DNA of 64,000 nucleotides from Spironucleus salmonicida (Eukaryota): NCBI RefSeq assembly GCF_000497125.1, contig NC_090599.1, positions 1 to 64,000 of the forward strand, read 5' to 3'. Shown piece by piece: positions 13,750 to 26,509 of this stretch (position 1 is its first letter; each line of letters starts with the position of its first letter). The notes under the pieces were generated by a model. It saw only the letters and a program-made list of their open reading frames with translations, ran no database searches and was not told where the DNA came from. The position numbers and the translations under genes were made by a program.

Positions 13750-14726
13750 ATGAGCTATGGTTATTTTGGACTTATGGGTTCAGCATGAGCAGGCAAAACG
13801 TAATCAATAAATAAAATAAATTAAGCATATTAGATTAAAGTAAACTATCAAAGTATAATTTAGATGATGCTCATTTAAGTAATGGAGCTATAACTCATAC
13901 GTTCTTCTTAAGTCCAACTATCGATTGTGATTAAACTTATTAGAAATCAAAAAGCAAAGACAATAGAATTAATATACCATTTGTTGATTCGAATGGAAGG
14001 ACTTCAAAATAAAAGTTATTAATGTTATGTTAAGAATTATAGAAAATGAAAACTATTATAAATCTATCATTTATAATACAAGAATAAATATGATCTCCTT
14101 TAAAAGATAAAGAAATTAAAAAATGGAGATCAAAAACTATTCTTTCAAGTTTTTAAAAACATACTTTCACAATTCGAGTGGCTAAAGCAATAGTATTAAG
14201 AATGTTTAGTTTTATAGAAAGATTGTTTTGATGATGATGTTGATTAGTATACGTAGTTGCTGTATGAATAAATTGGATTGCGTTATAATAAATATTAGAT
14301 ACGAATATAAAAATAGTTTTATTATTAGATGACATGAGTGGAAGTTCAGTATTTCAAACTACAACTGAATCTGATTTCTATAAACTAATTATTTAAAGAA
14401 TATATCTTGGAATTTGGGGGACCATTTCATGTTTGCATTCTATTAAGAAATTGTATGGATCTTTTAGATAGTTGTTTACAACTTTCTTGTTAATGAACGG
14501 TCTCAAGGAAGAACATATAAAAGATATCTTTAAGGATATTGGAAGGATAACAAGTTAAGAATTCGAATCAAAATAGTTTATTGAATTGTATAGTAAAACT
14601 ATTGGTTATTTTGAAAATTATAATTCTAAACATTTATTCAATTAATTTTTAGAGCAATACAATTATGTATATAATAATTAGTTACTATCTTTAGATTAAA
14701 AAATGATAAGTTTATCTGTAAAATGA
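13750..14726 (+). pseudogene. A32-like / FtsK-HerA superfamily DNA-packaging ATPase, disrupted
   Basis: MSYGYFGLMGSA*AGKT (Walker A right at the N-terminus, TGA at 13786). After a frameshift, THTFFLSPTIDCDQTY. Walker B KIVLLLDD at about 14310-14333, then DFYKLIIQRIYLGIWGTISCLHS at the Arg-finger/'RH...Q' position. Ends at TGA 14724. Several frameshifts. Confidence 0.68.
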
Positions 14727-14749
14727 TAAAAAATAGAAATAATAAAATT

Positions 14750-17700
14750 TCATTCAGGTATTATAGATTAAATATAAGTAATTTACTATTAGCTTAGTTA
14801 AAATAACTAAGTAACTTGGTAAACAGCTCTATCTTTTTATAGTAAAGATTGTATCTCTTATATTTCCCATTTAGAGAATTGATTATTATTTCTTAGCTCT
14901 TGTATTCTAGTTTCAATTTGAGATTATGAAAACTAAAAGTCTAAACGCTCTGTCAGCTTAGAAATAGCTATAGACTGACCAAATTAAATCAGTAGTTAAG
15001 CATACTCGTTTATTAGTTATACATCTTGCTTTTTTGTGAAATCTGAAATCTGATATGTATCAGATAGAGAAAATGAGCTTAGCTGGTTAATTTATTATAG
15101 TTAATCTTCATTTTTTATACTTTCTGGTTTTTATTATATTATCTAATTAGTAATTGAGGCCGGTATAGAATCATTATTTCCAGTAATCTAGTAATCTCTT
15201 AATATATTTAACTCTTAATTAAGCTGCTATTAAAGAGGTTTGGTATTAACATTCTAGCTTACAAATATGCTATGAAAAACTTTAAGTTAATCACCAGAAC
15301 TGATCTCTTTGTAATGAGTCTCCAATAAATTTATCAAATAATTAGATAGTTCCTATAATAATAAATCTCCTTTATACCCAAGAATTTTTTCTATGCTAAC
15401 AAAAGATTCAATACATATTGGAATAAAAATTTTTTCTTCTAATTTTGCATTCTGGCCAACTATGAATTAAAGCACGATGCAAATAATTTCTACTGCTTCT
15501 TATTTTAAAACTAAAGGCCCAAATATTATGCGTTCTACAAAATAAATCAGTTAATCGACGATCTTTCCATTGTATAGCAAACTTAAAAATATCTAATCTC
15601 TAGTCGAATCTACTTCAAATATATCTTCTTCTTCATCTTATGAAATCTCGTCAATGATACGATCTATTTTGTCACTTTATTTCTTCATTCCCTCTTTTAA
15701 TTGATATACCTAATCATCAAAACTCTAATAGAGTAAACATATAGTTTATATCATTTCCAAATACTATTAAGTGCAAAACATCTCGCATTAAGAAATTATT
15801 TAAAATTACTGTAAAAATTTCGGGATGAACTAAAAAATACAATGAGAACTGCAAATTAATTCAATATTATTGTTAATCAAATTTTATATTTTAAGATTAA
15901 AATCAGATATTGTTTAAATTTCATTCTACAGGTTTTAAAGTTGATTTTATACTATTTCTAGACTGATTTACATTGGGTTATTATTGTTTTTTGAGTATGT
16001 TAACATATTTTCCTACATTTTTAATATTTATATTTTGCTTTAAAGTTTTGTTTTTAATTTTCCTGAATATCCTTTTAATACGTATGTAAGTTTAGCAAAT
16101 ACATTCAAAAACTACAGTGCTTTTACCAAAAAATGTTGATATTCATATTTCTACTGTTAAAACTCTCCTTGAATGTTCGTGAGCATTTCAAGAAATTACA
16201 TGATTTCTCGATACGCAGTATAAAAAGTTTAAAACAACTAATCAAATTTAAAGTCAATTTAATTAATAATAGTTATATTTTCAGTGATTTAATTCATGAA
16301 AAATATAACGACTGTGATGAAACTAAAAGTCAGTGAAGTAGAAATCAGTTTTTGGCCTTGGGTGTCGTAATCTCTCGAACAACTAGCTATCGACTAAAAA
16401 CGATATTAGAATAATTAGCAACAGAAATTTGAAATATCTTAGAGTTAGTTTGAGATTAAATTCATATAAAGTATTATATTTTAGTTGCAAAATACATTTT
16501 AGCTGTTAATAGAAAATGGCGCATTTGAAAGAAAATTAAATGTGCATTTCACCGATGCTGATTCAATTTTAGTAGAAGGTTGCTTCTTTTATATTTTATC
16601 TACAGTATCTAATTATATATTAGAGATAAATTTATCGTCTGTATTAATTCTAAGCTGATTTTTAAACTTCAACCTATATGCATTATGAAAACGTAAATCT
16701 TTTTAGTTTACTTATGATGGTAATAGAGTTGAATATTTAGAAAATTTATACTCGTTTTGAAATATTGTATTATCGTGTTAGATATTCTTAGGTTAGACTT
16801 TTTAAATTTTAATAAGCTTATCATTCAAAGTAAATGAGAATTTTTTAATAGGCGTATAATTAAGTATATCATTTAATACATCGTTAATTCCTTTAATGTT
16901 ATATTACAAGCTGGTTGACATTTGAACTAGAGAAGAAATAATAATAATCATAAAATTATTGATAATAAATCCTTTTTATGTTAAATACAACAAAATTTCA
17001 ATAATATCTATAAACTAACATTCGTCTATTATGTAATTCAAAAATAATTTAAGCTATAAAATATCTAGCTATGACGACAATATATTTTATAAAAACTATA
17101 GATAGATATTGAGCTTAGATTATTCCTCCTTTTGTTCTATCATAAGTTACGTTATTTTTTCAGATATTTCAGATATTCTGATCTTTGTTTTTATTAATAG
17201 TGAGTCAATATTTTTATCTACTTATTATATTTCATATTATATTTCTGACGAAGAAGTTAATACACATGATATTTCGCTGCTATTATCCTTGAATATCGGT
17301 TCAATATCATCAGGAATATCATCTTCATTCCCTTATATTGATTCAGGTAGTTCTACCATACCTTATTTTTTCAAATCTTTGAGATTTTGTAGCTCTAAAT
17401 TTAAAGTCTGAAGCTATGATAAACAAATTTATTTTTATTCTAAAGTTATATTAATTTCTTCAATCAACGCAATGAAATAAAGACATAATTTTTATCCTGA
17501 GAGTTTCGATACAGCTTGCCTAAATATAATCTTTTACTCGTTCTTTGAGGAAAATTTTAATGAAATAAGTTAACTGCTTTACTCTAGAAGATTCGACAGC
17601 AGCTCATAAACCTAAACATTATCTTACTATAATAGATCTTCTGTAATTTTAAACTATGAATATTTTTAGGGGGCTAAAGGATCAGTATATGACGCTTATA

Positions 17701-17779
17701 TTAATCCTTATATTGTATCGTTAATAGCCTCATTTCTAGTTTCTAGTGCATGAGAAAATGCCTTTATAGCTTTGTCCAT
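14750..17779 (-). CDS. Hypothetical alpha-helical/coiled-coil protein (1009 aa)
   Basis: ATG at 17779 (MDKAIKAFSHALETRNEAI...) open to TGA at 14750-14752 with TAR=Gln; length divisible by 3. Confidence 0.8.
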
Positions 17780-17829
17780 TTATCAACATTATTTATATTA
17801 TACATAATAGAATTTTATATGTTACGAAT

Positions 17830-19728
17830 ATGAAGATACTTGCAAATATGATTAAGTCAGAACCTGTGTAGATCCAATTAAAATTAGACATAAATACAAC
17901 TTATTAACGATTATAGTCTTAAAATCATCACGAAATACTTTTTGGATTAAAGAACCTTCTTACTATGTATTTCAAAGGGTTAGACGTCTCTTTCTTGATT
18001 CCATAATTACCAAAGTTATCAATTTACTAAGATTATTAGATTAAATCACTGATATTTGCTATTATTGCAGAGTTAAAATTCGAATTTCAGGCAATTTCAG
18101 AAATGATAATTAACACATTATGGAATGATTTGAAGGCTGAAAACACTTACCTACAATAATTGGGCGTTAAATATCTACTCACACTTGGAGCAGATGTAAC
18201 ATTAATCACCAGCATGCCGTAAAATCATATTATTTAAAATTTATTTTACTTGCAAAATTTATAATATGCATATAATAATTCCTAGTACTAAGTATTGTGT
18301 ATTTAAAATTCTATTTTAATGTCAAATCTAACAAAAAATTGTAATTATCACTAACTTAACTTCTATATTGAGCATTTTGACTAAATACCACAACATGCTT
18401 AATTTAATATTTTTGAAATTATTTTGGTATCTAATTTCCAAGTTAGCTACCCAATTTAGTTTCAAAATTTTATAGATTTACTAGAGAGAAGAATTTCTAG
18501 TCTAAGCTTATCAAGTTTAATTAGTATTATAACATTAATTTATAATTTTAAATTGTAGAGTAATAATTTAATAATATAAATTTATAATACATTATTTTTA
18601 TTTAGTTTAAATTAATATTAGTCTATTTAGGTTATAGCTTTAAACAGTATGTTGTCTCTGGTTAAATATTATCCACTATGTACAGTCAGCAGCTAAATGT
18701 AGATTATTTTAAGTTAATCAGATAGTTTTTAGATAATTCGACCGAAATTAAGCATATTTTCAAAGATATAGTAGTTTTTAAACATAGAAAGCCAGGAAAT
18801 ACTGTTTTATAGGTATTACAGTTATTTGCGTTATACATCTACTCTGACTGGTGTGTAAGTATAATTAGTTACAGCCATGGTTTATGATAATATGGGGGAC
18901 TTATTAGCATCTCTACTGACATGGTATCAAAATGATATCTAATAGTATGACAATTAATATTTTTAACTATTTTGGATCTACTTTACGCTTTCTATTTAGG
19001 ATAATAAATTTGAATATGAAACCATTTTAATATTAAAATTAATAGGGAAAATTTTAATTTAAGGATAATAAGTACTAAAAAATAATAATGTTAGCAATTT
19101 GTGTTTATTAGGTTTTATTTAAGTTTACTTTTTAAAAATATATGGCCAATATTTTATATTATAAAATTAAGTAGAACATGAGTATAAAAATTAGTGCATC
19201 AATAGTATAGTATTATTATTATCATATCTGATAGATTTAATGCCATAATTTGCGTTTTAATTATTACATATGATTAATAAAGATGATAGATAATCTTAAT
19301 ATTCGCAACATGCTATGAAAATTATTCTATTAAAAATTCAAAAAGAGCAATAGAGTTATATCAATAAGTATATTGAATTATACAGCAAATTTGAATATAA
19401 TTTCATTTTAGAGGATTTATAATTATCATTAATTTAATTTATTAGTTAATTTAAATTGTCGAGCGATTTCTCTTCGAAAATTTCTATGTTAAATCTGGAG
19501 GAAAGCATCAATATAAGCTATATTTCTAATAGAATTTATAATGTAACATTAAATTATCATAATAAAATAATTTTGACTTAATCTTTACCAAATAACACAA
19601 TACCACCTGTATATGAATCGTTAAAAACAATTATTCATCCAGAATAAACTAACCAGGAATTAAATAATTTTTTTAAAGATAATACAGAAAGTGAAAGTTA
19701 TGAATACTACTCTGAAAGTGAAAATTGA
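17830..19728 (+). CDS. Divergent adaptin/coat large subunit (Adaptin_N HEAT trunk, beta-like; 632 aa)
   Basis: Open from ATG 17830 to TGA 19726. KNLLTMYFKGLDVSFLIPQLPKL...IKSLIF...MIINTLWNDLKAENTYLQQLGVKYL matches the adaptin N-terminal pattern; DSFQIIRPKLSIF resembles beta-adaptin D-x5-KL-x-I. Confidence 0.6.
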
Positions 19729-19735
19729 TCATTAA

Positions 19736-21985
19736 TCATTCTGCTGTAACAACAGCTTTCTTCAATACTTCTAAAAACTATTAAAGTGAAACATCGTCAG
19801 TCGCAATTGATTCTCCAGAATTTGTATTCTGGCTTTTATTTGTAGAGCTAGGATTAACACGAGCAAGAAGAATACGTGCTTGACTGCTTCCCTAATCAGC
19901 CTCATCGTACCTTGGTGAAGGGAATCTGTACTATAAAATTTGGTCTACCTCTTCCTTAAATGAGTTTAAAAGGTCGTTTACGTTAGCATATTCAGGTTTT
20001 AAATGATATCCTGCCTGTCTCCAGGCAGCAACCGATTGACCACTCCATACTAACACGTTGAAAAAGCTATCAAATATTAGAATTCTGTCCGGATGGCACT
20101 CTGATGCATCCAAAAATACAGGTTCGCCGTCCAAGCAATTAACTGAATATGCAATCAAAACAGGTTATATCATTGAAAGCATTTATTGCACGTTCTACCT
20201 TAAAAGTTGGAAGTGCTTCATTGCAGTTTCATCAGGGCTCTATCCGAACAAATTTATAAGTTCAGAACGCCTGAAATGATACAGAAATTAAGGGAAAAAT
20301 TCATAATTTGGTTAAAATCTAACGGATCCAACGTCATTTGGCACGAACTGTGCAAATTACTTGGAAAGTCTTATACAAGCTCTATCAATAGAACGCACAG
20401 CCTCCTCAGTCGAGGATGTCTGGGTGAGCTTCAACACAGCCATTCTTGATAGGATACAAGCAGCAGCTTCTTAGTCGAATCCTGCCGATATAGCAGCAAA
20501 ATTCTCATTGTAATCAGACTTGAAAGCAAACGAAACCACACGCAGGACTCTTTTCCCCTCTACACTTGTAAATTCAGTTCGGAGCTGTATAAACCGATTC
20601 TAAAGCTGCACCTCGCGGGCCTAGTCAGCTAGGTCGAAAAATATAGCCAGTGTGAGATCCGAATCCAGAGAATTGACTTTCCATTTATCGGTTAGGCCTT
20701 CTCCAATTTCTTGACTTGAAACTGACGACGTTGACTGTTTGAGTGATGCACATGGCCCTATAATACCATTTATACGAATCTAGTTTGATACAGAAATAGT
20801 TAGGGACCCAGAACCTGCTTGAACGAATTCTGTTGCGCTTTCACTAAGAGAGTCTATGAAAAGACGCCAAGATTTTGTGAAAGCCTGATAATTAAAAGAC
20901 TCAGAAATAACGATAGAACCTGAAGTTTTTTTGCATAAATCAACAGATTCAAAAATACCAATTTGGTCAACCGAGCAACCGAAAATATGAACTGCTGAAT
21001 TTGAGGCAACTGCTCTTTCGGTAAGTTTTTCGTAATATTTTTGGCAGTCTTTTACATGCTTAGCCGGCTCATTTTTGAGCTGAATATCAGGCCAATGACG
21101 TAAATGCTGTGTAATATCTGAATCAACTATTTAACCTGGGCCAGCTGTGCAAGGTCCTGAGCTGAAAAGGGCTAGCTTGCCGATGGGAAGTTTATGCTGT
21201 TGAACTAGTGAATGATGAAGCGAATACAGAATACTTACACCAATACTCGTTGCCAGGCCTGTGCAGCGTAGTTGTCTGTGCTTTTACTAAATAGTCCATG
21301 GGTCGATTGTAAGATCTTCAATAGTTTACACGAAACTATCTCTACAATATGAAAGTGGTAAAACAAACCTCTAGGCAGGGTTTTTAAGGCTTAAAAACTG
21401 TTCAATTTAAATTGGTGATAAATCTACTGTTCCTCTGAAGACGACTCTTCTTGGACAGATTTCATAATGGACTTCGTGAACGTTAACCATTGTTCCAAAT
21501 GTTACTAATGCTACTTTGAAGTCGTCTTAAAGGAGATCAGCCGCCATTTGAACGGATTGTTTTTATTTTTCGAGCTCGTCTTCGGTACAACTCAGATCAA
21601 TACAGAATACAATAACTTTCGACTCTGAAGTGCTACTAATTTCATATTCAATGCAGCGATACTGGGAGTGCAATTCTGCTGGTTTTTTATCGCTAGATAT
21701 TCCTGCGTAGGAAGAAGGTAGGGTCTAGTTTGTGCTACAAAATACACATTAGTATTGTTTTGTGTTAAAATCTACTGGTGTGTACGGGTTGAGTACCGCA
21801 GTGCACTTTGTACAGCGAACAGGAGGGTATTTAAAGCGTTAGCTACACTACTTTAATGGTGTGTAAAGAACTGAAAGAGGTACAGTAGCACGCATATTTT
21901 CATGTTTAAGATGAGGCCAAATATTCCAAGGAGCACGAATGCCAGTTTAGTCTTCGTTCGATAGGAATATATCTGCAGAGGACAT
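19736..21985 (-). CDS. SEC23: COPII coat protein Sec23 (749 aa)
   Basis: GIRAPWNIWP, Zn finger PVRCTKCTAVLNPY...CVFC, GPCTAGPG, FDQEAAA, RFPSPRYDEADQGSSQARILLARVNPS, TDDVSLQQFLEVLKKAVV. Confidence 0.97.
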
Positions 21986-22065
21986 TGGTGGAGTGTTTAG
22001 ATAAAAGACATATTATATGTATTATATACATACATATTTATTTTTACTTATTAACCTCTAAATTA

Positions 22066-23037
22066 ATGTCTATGCAAGAGTTAGCGTAACAAATTTTAAA
22101 AGCGCCATCCATGTTGACTGAAGATAATAAAAAAGACGAATCATTAGCATAGGCCATCATACAATTAAAACCTCAAGAAACCATTCTCTATTCTGTAATA
22201 TCTCAGTTTAACTCAGTACCTTTATTGTTGCAAATATAGTCTTCATTATCAAAAGCATTATAAGAATCGGTGTAGATTTAAATTTTAGAACTTACAACAG
22301 ATCCTCACTATTTAAAATCTGCTGAAGCTTTACTTAAAGAAATTCAAGTACCAGCAAAGCTTGTTCGTGCTTAAATTGCATACCTTAATCTTCTTTTTAT
22401 TAATGACCATATTATTAAGGCGTAGTCTATTGCATAATCTGTTCGTGCATCTGCAACCCAGCTTACCCCATTGGTTCAGTCAAAACTTGATTTAATATCT
22501 GCTAAAATTTCAGCAGCGGCTGGTGATTATTTTCAAGCTGCTGGATACTTCCAAGAAGCTTTAAATCTTTAGAATTGTGTTTTAGAGCTACTCCTTACAA
22601 AGCTACTTTCTGGGTCTTATCATGAGTTAGAGAAAATTGCTTCCGAGCACCTGACTGATAAAACTAAGCTCTGTATTGAATTAAGTGGAATTCTATAGTC
22701 TAAAAATAATGGTTTTCTAAGTTAAATAGAAAATATTTCCAATTAAATTGATCATGTTTTATCAGAGAAATTATTAGAAATAGAAATTTAGAAATATGTG
22801 AAAAAAGCACTCAAATTTTATGAAAAAGTGTAAATATCTCATATCAGTGAGATTAGTGGAGTAAGATAGGATAGGATTGCTGACATGATACAAAAAATGA
22901 TACTTAATGATGATTTAGAGTTCGCTGTTGATGGAAGAAGTGGGGTATTGCATAGATAAGTTAAATCTGTAGAAGAAAGCGTTAATGTGCTGAGAAAGGG
23001 TGTCGAAGTTGTCAGTGCTCTTAATAAATGGATGTGA
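22066..23037 (+). CDS. RPN6: 26S proteasome lid subunit Rpn6/PSMD11 (PCI domain; 323 aa)
   Basis: LVQSKLDLISAKISAAAGDYFQAAGYFQEA and PCI region YEKVQISHISEISG...IQKMILNDDLEFAVDGRSGVL. Confidence 0.8.
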
Positions 23038-23565
23038 TCTTGATTTTATTATTTCTTTTAAAATTATTATTTCATCCTAGCTATATACTTGTGTTAATAT
23101 TTTTTTTAATCATCAAGTTAAAATACGGCAATAAATAAATTTTTTCTAAATACAGTATAAGTATTATATTTCGTAATCAGTTTCCTATCTATAACTATTA
23201 ACATATTTATATAAACTGTTAATATTTGATTAAAAATTAAAAAAATAATTATAATTCTATACTTATCCTTGCCTCAATAAATAAATTCTGATATGTTTTA
23301 ACCTAATTTTCATGTATGCCTTAATAATCTCTTAAAAATTATGCAGAAGTAAATATTTCTATCAAATAATATGTATAATCTTTTCATATTTTCATCATAT
23401 TAAAATAATATGAAATAGTTTTAAATTTACTATAAATTTATTATATGCTAATTATTATAAACTATACTAGAGTATTTACAGTTATTATTTATATAATAGA
23501 GTATAAATTAACAAATTAAAAGTTGTATTTATCATTATATACTAAGTTTATATTTATCTTACAAA

Positions 23566-24765
23566 ATGAATAAATAGGACTTCTAGAAGTCACCACAACT
23601 AAACTAGCCTTAGAAAAATATCCTTTAAGTTATACATGATTTTTCTGCTAAAAATATGCCATATTATTAACAGGATAAATAATTTATTGCAGTTTAAAAA
23701 GGATAAGAAGTCAACCTTCTGTACACTGCAACAGACTCCGTTACACAACAAGGTCCTACCCTAACTGCAATATCTAAATATAAAAATTGGCTCTATGTTC
23801 AACATAAAACCCCTGAATAGGATTCATAAGGCTGGATTCCTTCAACATATGTAAAATACCTATCAGAGTCTGAAAATGATCTTTTCAGTGTTGAATTGCA
23901 GGATTTAATGTAATTTGAGAACCGAATTCTACCTAAATTTCTCGAAGAAAGTTTCTAACTTGTTGATTCTTTCGGTAAAATCGACGGAATTTTCAGAAAA
24001 TCTGCGTCTACAGAAGAAAAAAATCAACTATTCTCCGAACTTAATTCAACACACTCATTATCACAGTCAATTATTCATTATTATGCTTCAAAATAGCTAC
24101 AACTGCCTAAACTATCCAAAGACTCTCCACTATCAGATATTTTATAATTAGCAGACGAAATTCAAACACAAACACTACACGTGGTTGCTAATCTAGTAAA
24201 ATAGTACTTTAATCTTCTGCCAACAAAACTGATATAATAACACGCACTTTCACTCCTTTTGCAAAATTAGAAGCTCCCAATAGTTGAAAGGCTGCCAAAA
24301 TATGCAAGAATTTTAGAAAAAAATCTAGATTTTGAAGAATTTGTTATTCTGCGATTCCTACTATAATTCCTTTTCAAAATGAGCCAGTTCTCGGCCAAAA
24401 CATAAATGGAGGCAGAATAGATTGGATAACTTTTTAGCCCGAACGTAATGGACTCTGATGTTTAGGAAATTTTTACTTTCCTTGTCGTATCTTAGCCAGA
24501 AATTGAAAAAATTTACTCAAAATGGCCTCTACCAAAATGTAGCATTCCCACCACATAAGTGAAGTGGAAGCAGTAGTTCACAAAGGTGTTCTAGGGCGGC
24601 GAGGGTGTTGTCCTGAAGGATTTCATTTGCTAGGACCCGTAAATGCTGTTTGCACGTCAGGGAAACAAAATCCAGGTCATGAACGTACACAAGCGCTGGG
24701 TTTTGGGCAAAATTGATGACAGAATCGGCTGGATTCCGTTCACGTGCATATAAATTAACTAGTGA
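23566..24765 (+). CDS. SH3-RhoGAP-SH3 protein (399 aa)
   Basis: SH3-1: VIHDFSAK...WLYV...GWIPSTYVK. RhoGAP: DGIFRKSAS, HVVANLVKQYFNLLPTKLI, QLFSPNVM. SH3-2: VLKDF...RWVLGKIDDRIGWIPFTCIQ. Confidence 0.88.
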
Positions 24766-24770
24766 TAAAT

Positions 24771-26393
24771 TCAATCTTCATCACCGACTAAATCGTCGTA
24801 CGCGGCTTCCCAGAATGTTCTCCATACAGCAGACTAACCGTGCTAAACAGGTCCCTTACCGGAGTCCTAAATTGCTACATTGCCGATGTACTAATCGCGT
24901 GACTCAAACTACTCGAATTTCTGCGCTGAAAATAACATGTCGAAGAAATTTGCGTGCAAATTACAACTTTTCAGTTCTTTCAGCGAAAAATAATTAGGAA
25001 AGGAAAATCGAAATTGAATTGAATCGCCAATTTGGCGCAGAACGTCTTAAACTTGAACCCCCAAACCTACACGGTCCCACACTCGAACCTGTTCTTTCAA
25101 GTAAAATTTCATGTCTTCTTAGCCAATAAATCCATCTGAATCGACATCACAGATGTTAAACCAAAATTCACATGACGTTTTACTGTCGAAAACTGCGTCA
25201 GCTAGCAGAAAAATTATGAAGTCTGCAAAGGCGAAATTTGAATTCAAAAGAGGCCTTCCGTTACCGTTGAAAACGCGATTGATAACGCGAGTGGAGTAAG
25301 TGAATTAATTGAACGATTTTAATTACACTTCAGAGATATTCTGTGTTACATCACCGTTGGAGTACTTTGCGTATAAACAATATATCACATAAAACTACTC
25401 GTAGCCAAAAATGGAATTCTCACCAGAAATGTCAGGTTTGGATTATATATCGTAGATAATGTATGATAATGATGTACCAAATTTTTGGAAATTTTATTTA
25501 TTGAAAATCCACTATCCCTGCGGATCAATATCAAAGAAAAATCTGGCTGCACAGGTGTATGCGAATGCATTTTGGTACAGGAAAGGCTATATAAAATCAA
25601 ATTACGGATGAAATAATATAACCTCCAGACAGATCATATGAATTTGTTTAAAACTAAGATTGTTATTAGAACCAAAAATAGCTATAATCCTTTCTTCTGA
25701 TGTAATTTATTTTATTGAATTATAATAGGTTACTATACTATCAAAATTTAAGGATTTATACTATTTATACTGTGGGGCCGATGCAGAAGAAAGTTTAACG
25801 TGATTCAGAGAATTCTTATTTAATTTATTAAAAAGGAGTCTAGCTAAAAGAACTGGTATATTAAAAAGTGATTCGCATATTAATTAGAGTAAAGTTAAAC
25901 TTTCTTCAGGTTGGTGATGAAAGTAACCTGGAAATTATTCTTTAATCTATAATTCTTATAAATAAAATTTATTATTTACTACTAATGATAAGTCAATTAT
26001 ATTATCCTGCTAGCACTATTTAAGGAAGTTAAGGATATCGTTCTCTAATTATTAAACTATCTATGGAACTTATTTGTAAAAATAAAATTTACCGAATACA
26101 CCAGTTTTTGGGTTAAAAACATCATTAAGCAAATATGGGATTTATTACTTCTATAAAATTTAAGTACTAATTAATTAGCTATCTGTTATCTGCTTATCTT
26201 TAATGTTTAATTTATTTGGAGATCTAAGAGACGAGTGTGGTGATTATGGGCTTAATGGAATCTTAGGTTTTTAAACATGATGTTATGGTTCCTTATAACT
26301 ACTGATCGATTAAAGTATTGATGCAAAGTTTTGTGTCGAAGATAAATATTCAAACATGTAATTATCAATCGCCTAAAATTTATCAACTTTCAT
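24771..26393 (-). CDS. PP2A regulatory subunit B'' (PR72/PPP2R3 family, EF-hand; 540 aa)
   Basis: FGYEQFYVIYCLYAKY, RVINRVFNG, FADFIIFLLADA, EFWFNICDVDSDGFIGQEDMKFY (EF-hand); open from ATG 26393 to TGA 24771. Confidence 0.88.
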
Positions 26394-26509
26394 TACAAAA
26401 ATCATTTACTATATCAAATAGATATAATAATATTCATAGTTAAATATTATAGTATTTACGCATCTTTCAATATGATAATATATATCTTTGCACTAAATCT
26501 TCACTTTAA

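Larger units (their letters stand above)
4800..14726 (+). mobile_element. Degenerate endogenous DNA-virus-like (Polinton/PLV/virophage-type) region; boundaries approximate
   Basis: About 10 kb without an intact host-type gene. Contains mostly co-oriented plus-strand ORF fragments broken by TGA and frameshifts, and ends in an A32-like packaging ATPase remnant. No TIRs, integrase or pPolB motifs were recognised by eye. Confidence 0.45.

Noticed and set aside
13786-13788. TGA in the ATPase Walker A as selenocysteine or programmed readthrough
   Set aside because: The position requires Gly (GGA->TGA is one substitution) and the gene also has frameshifts; decay is the simpler explanation.
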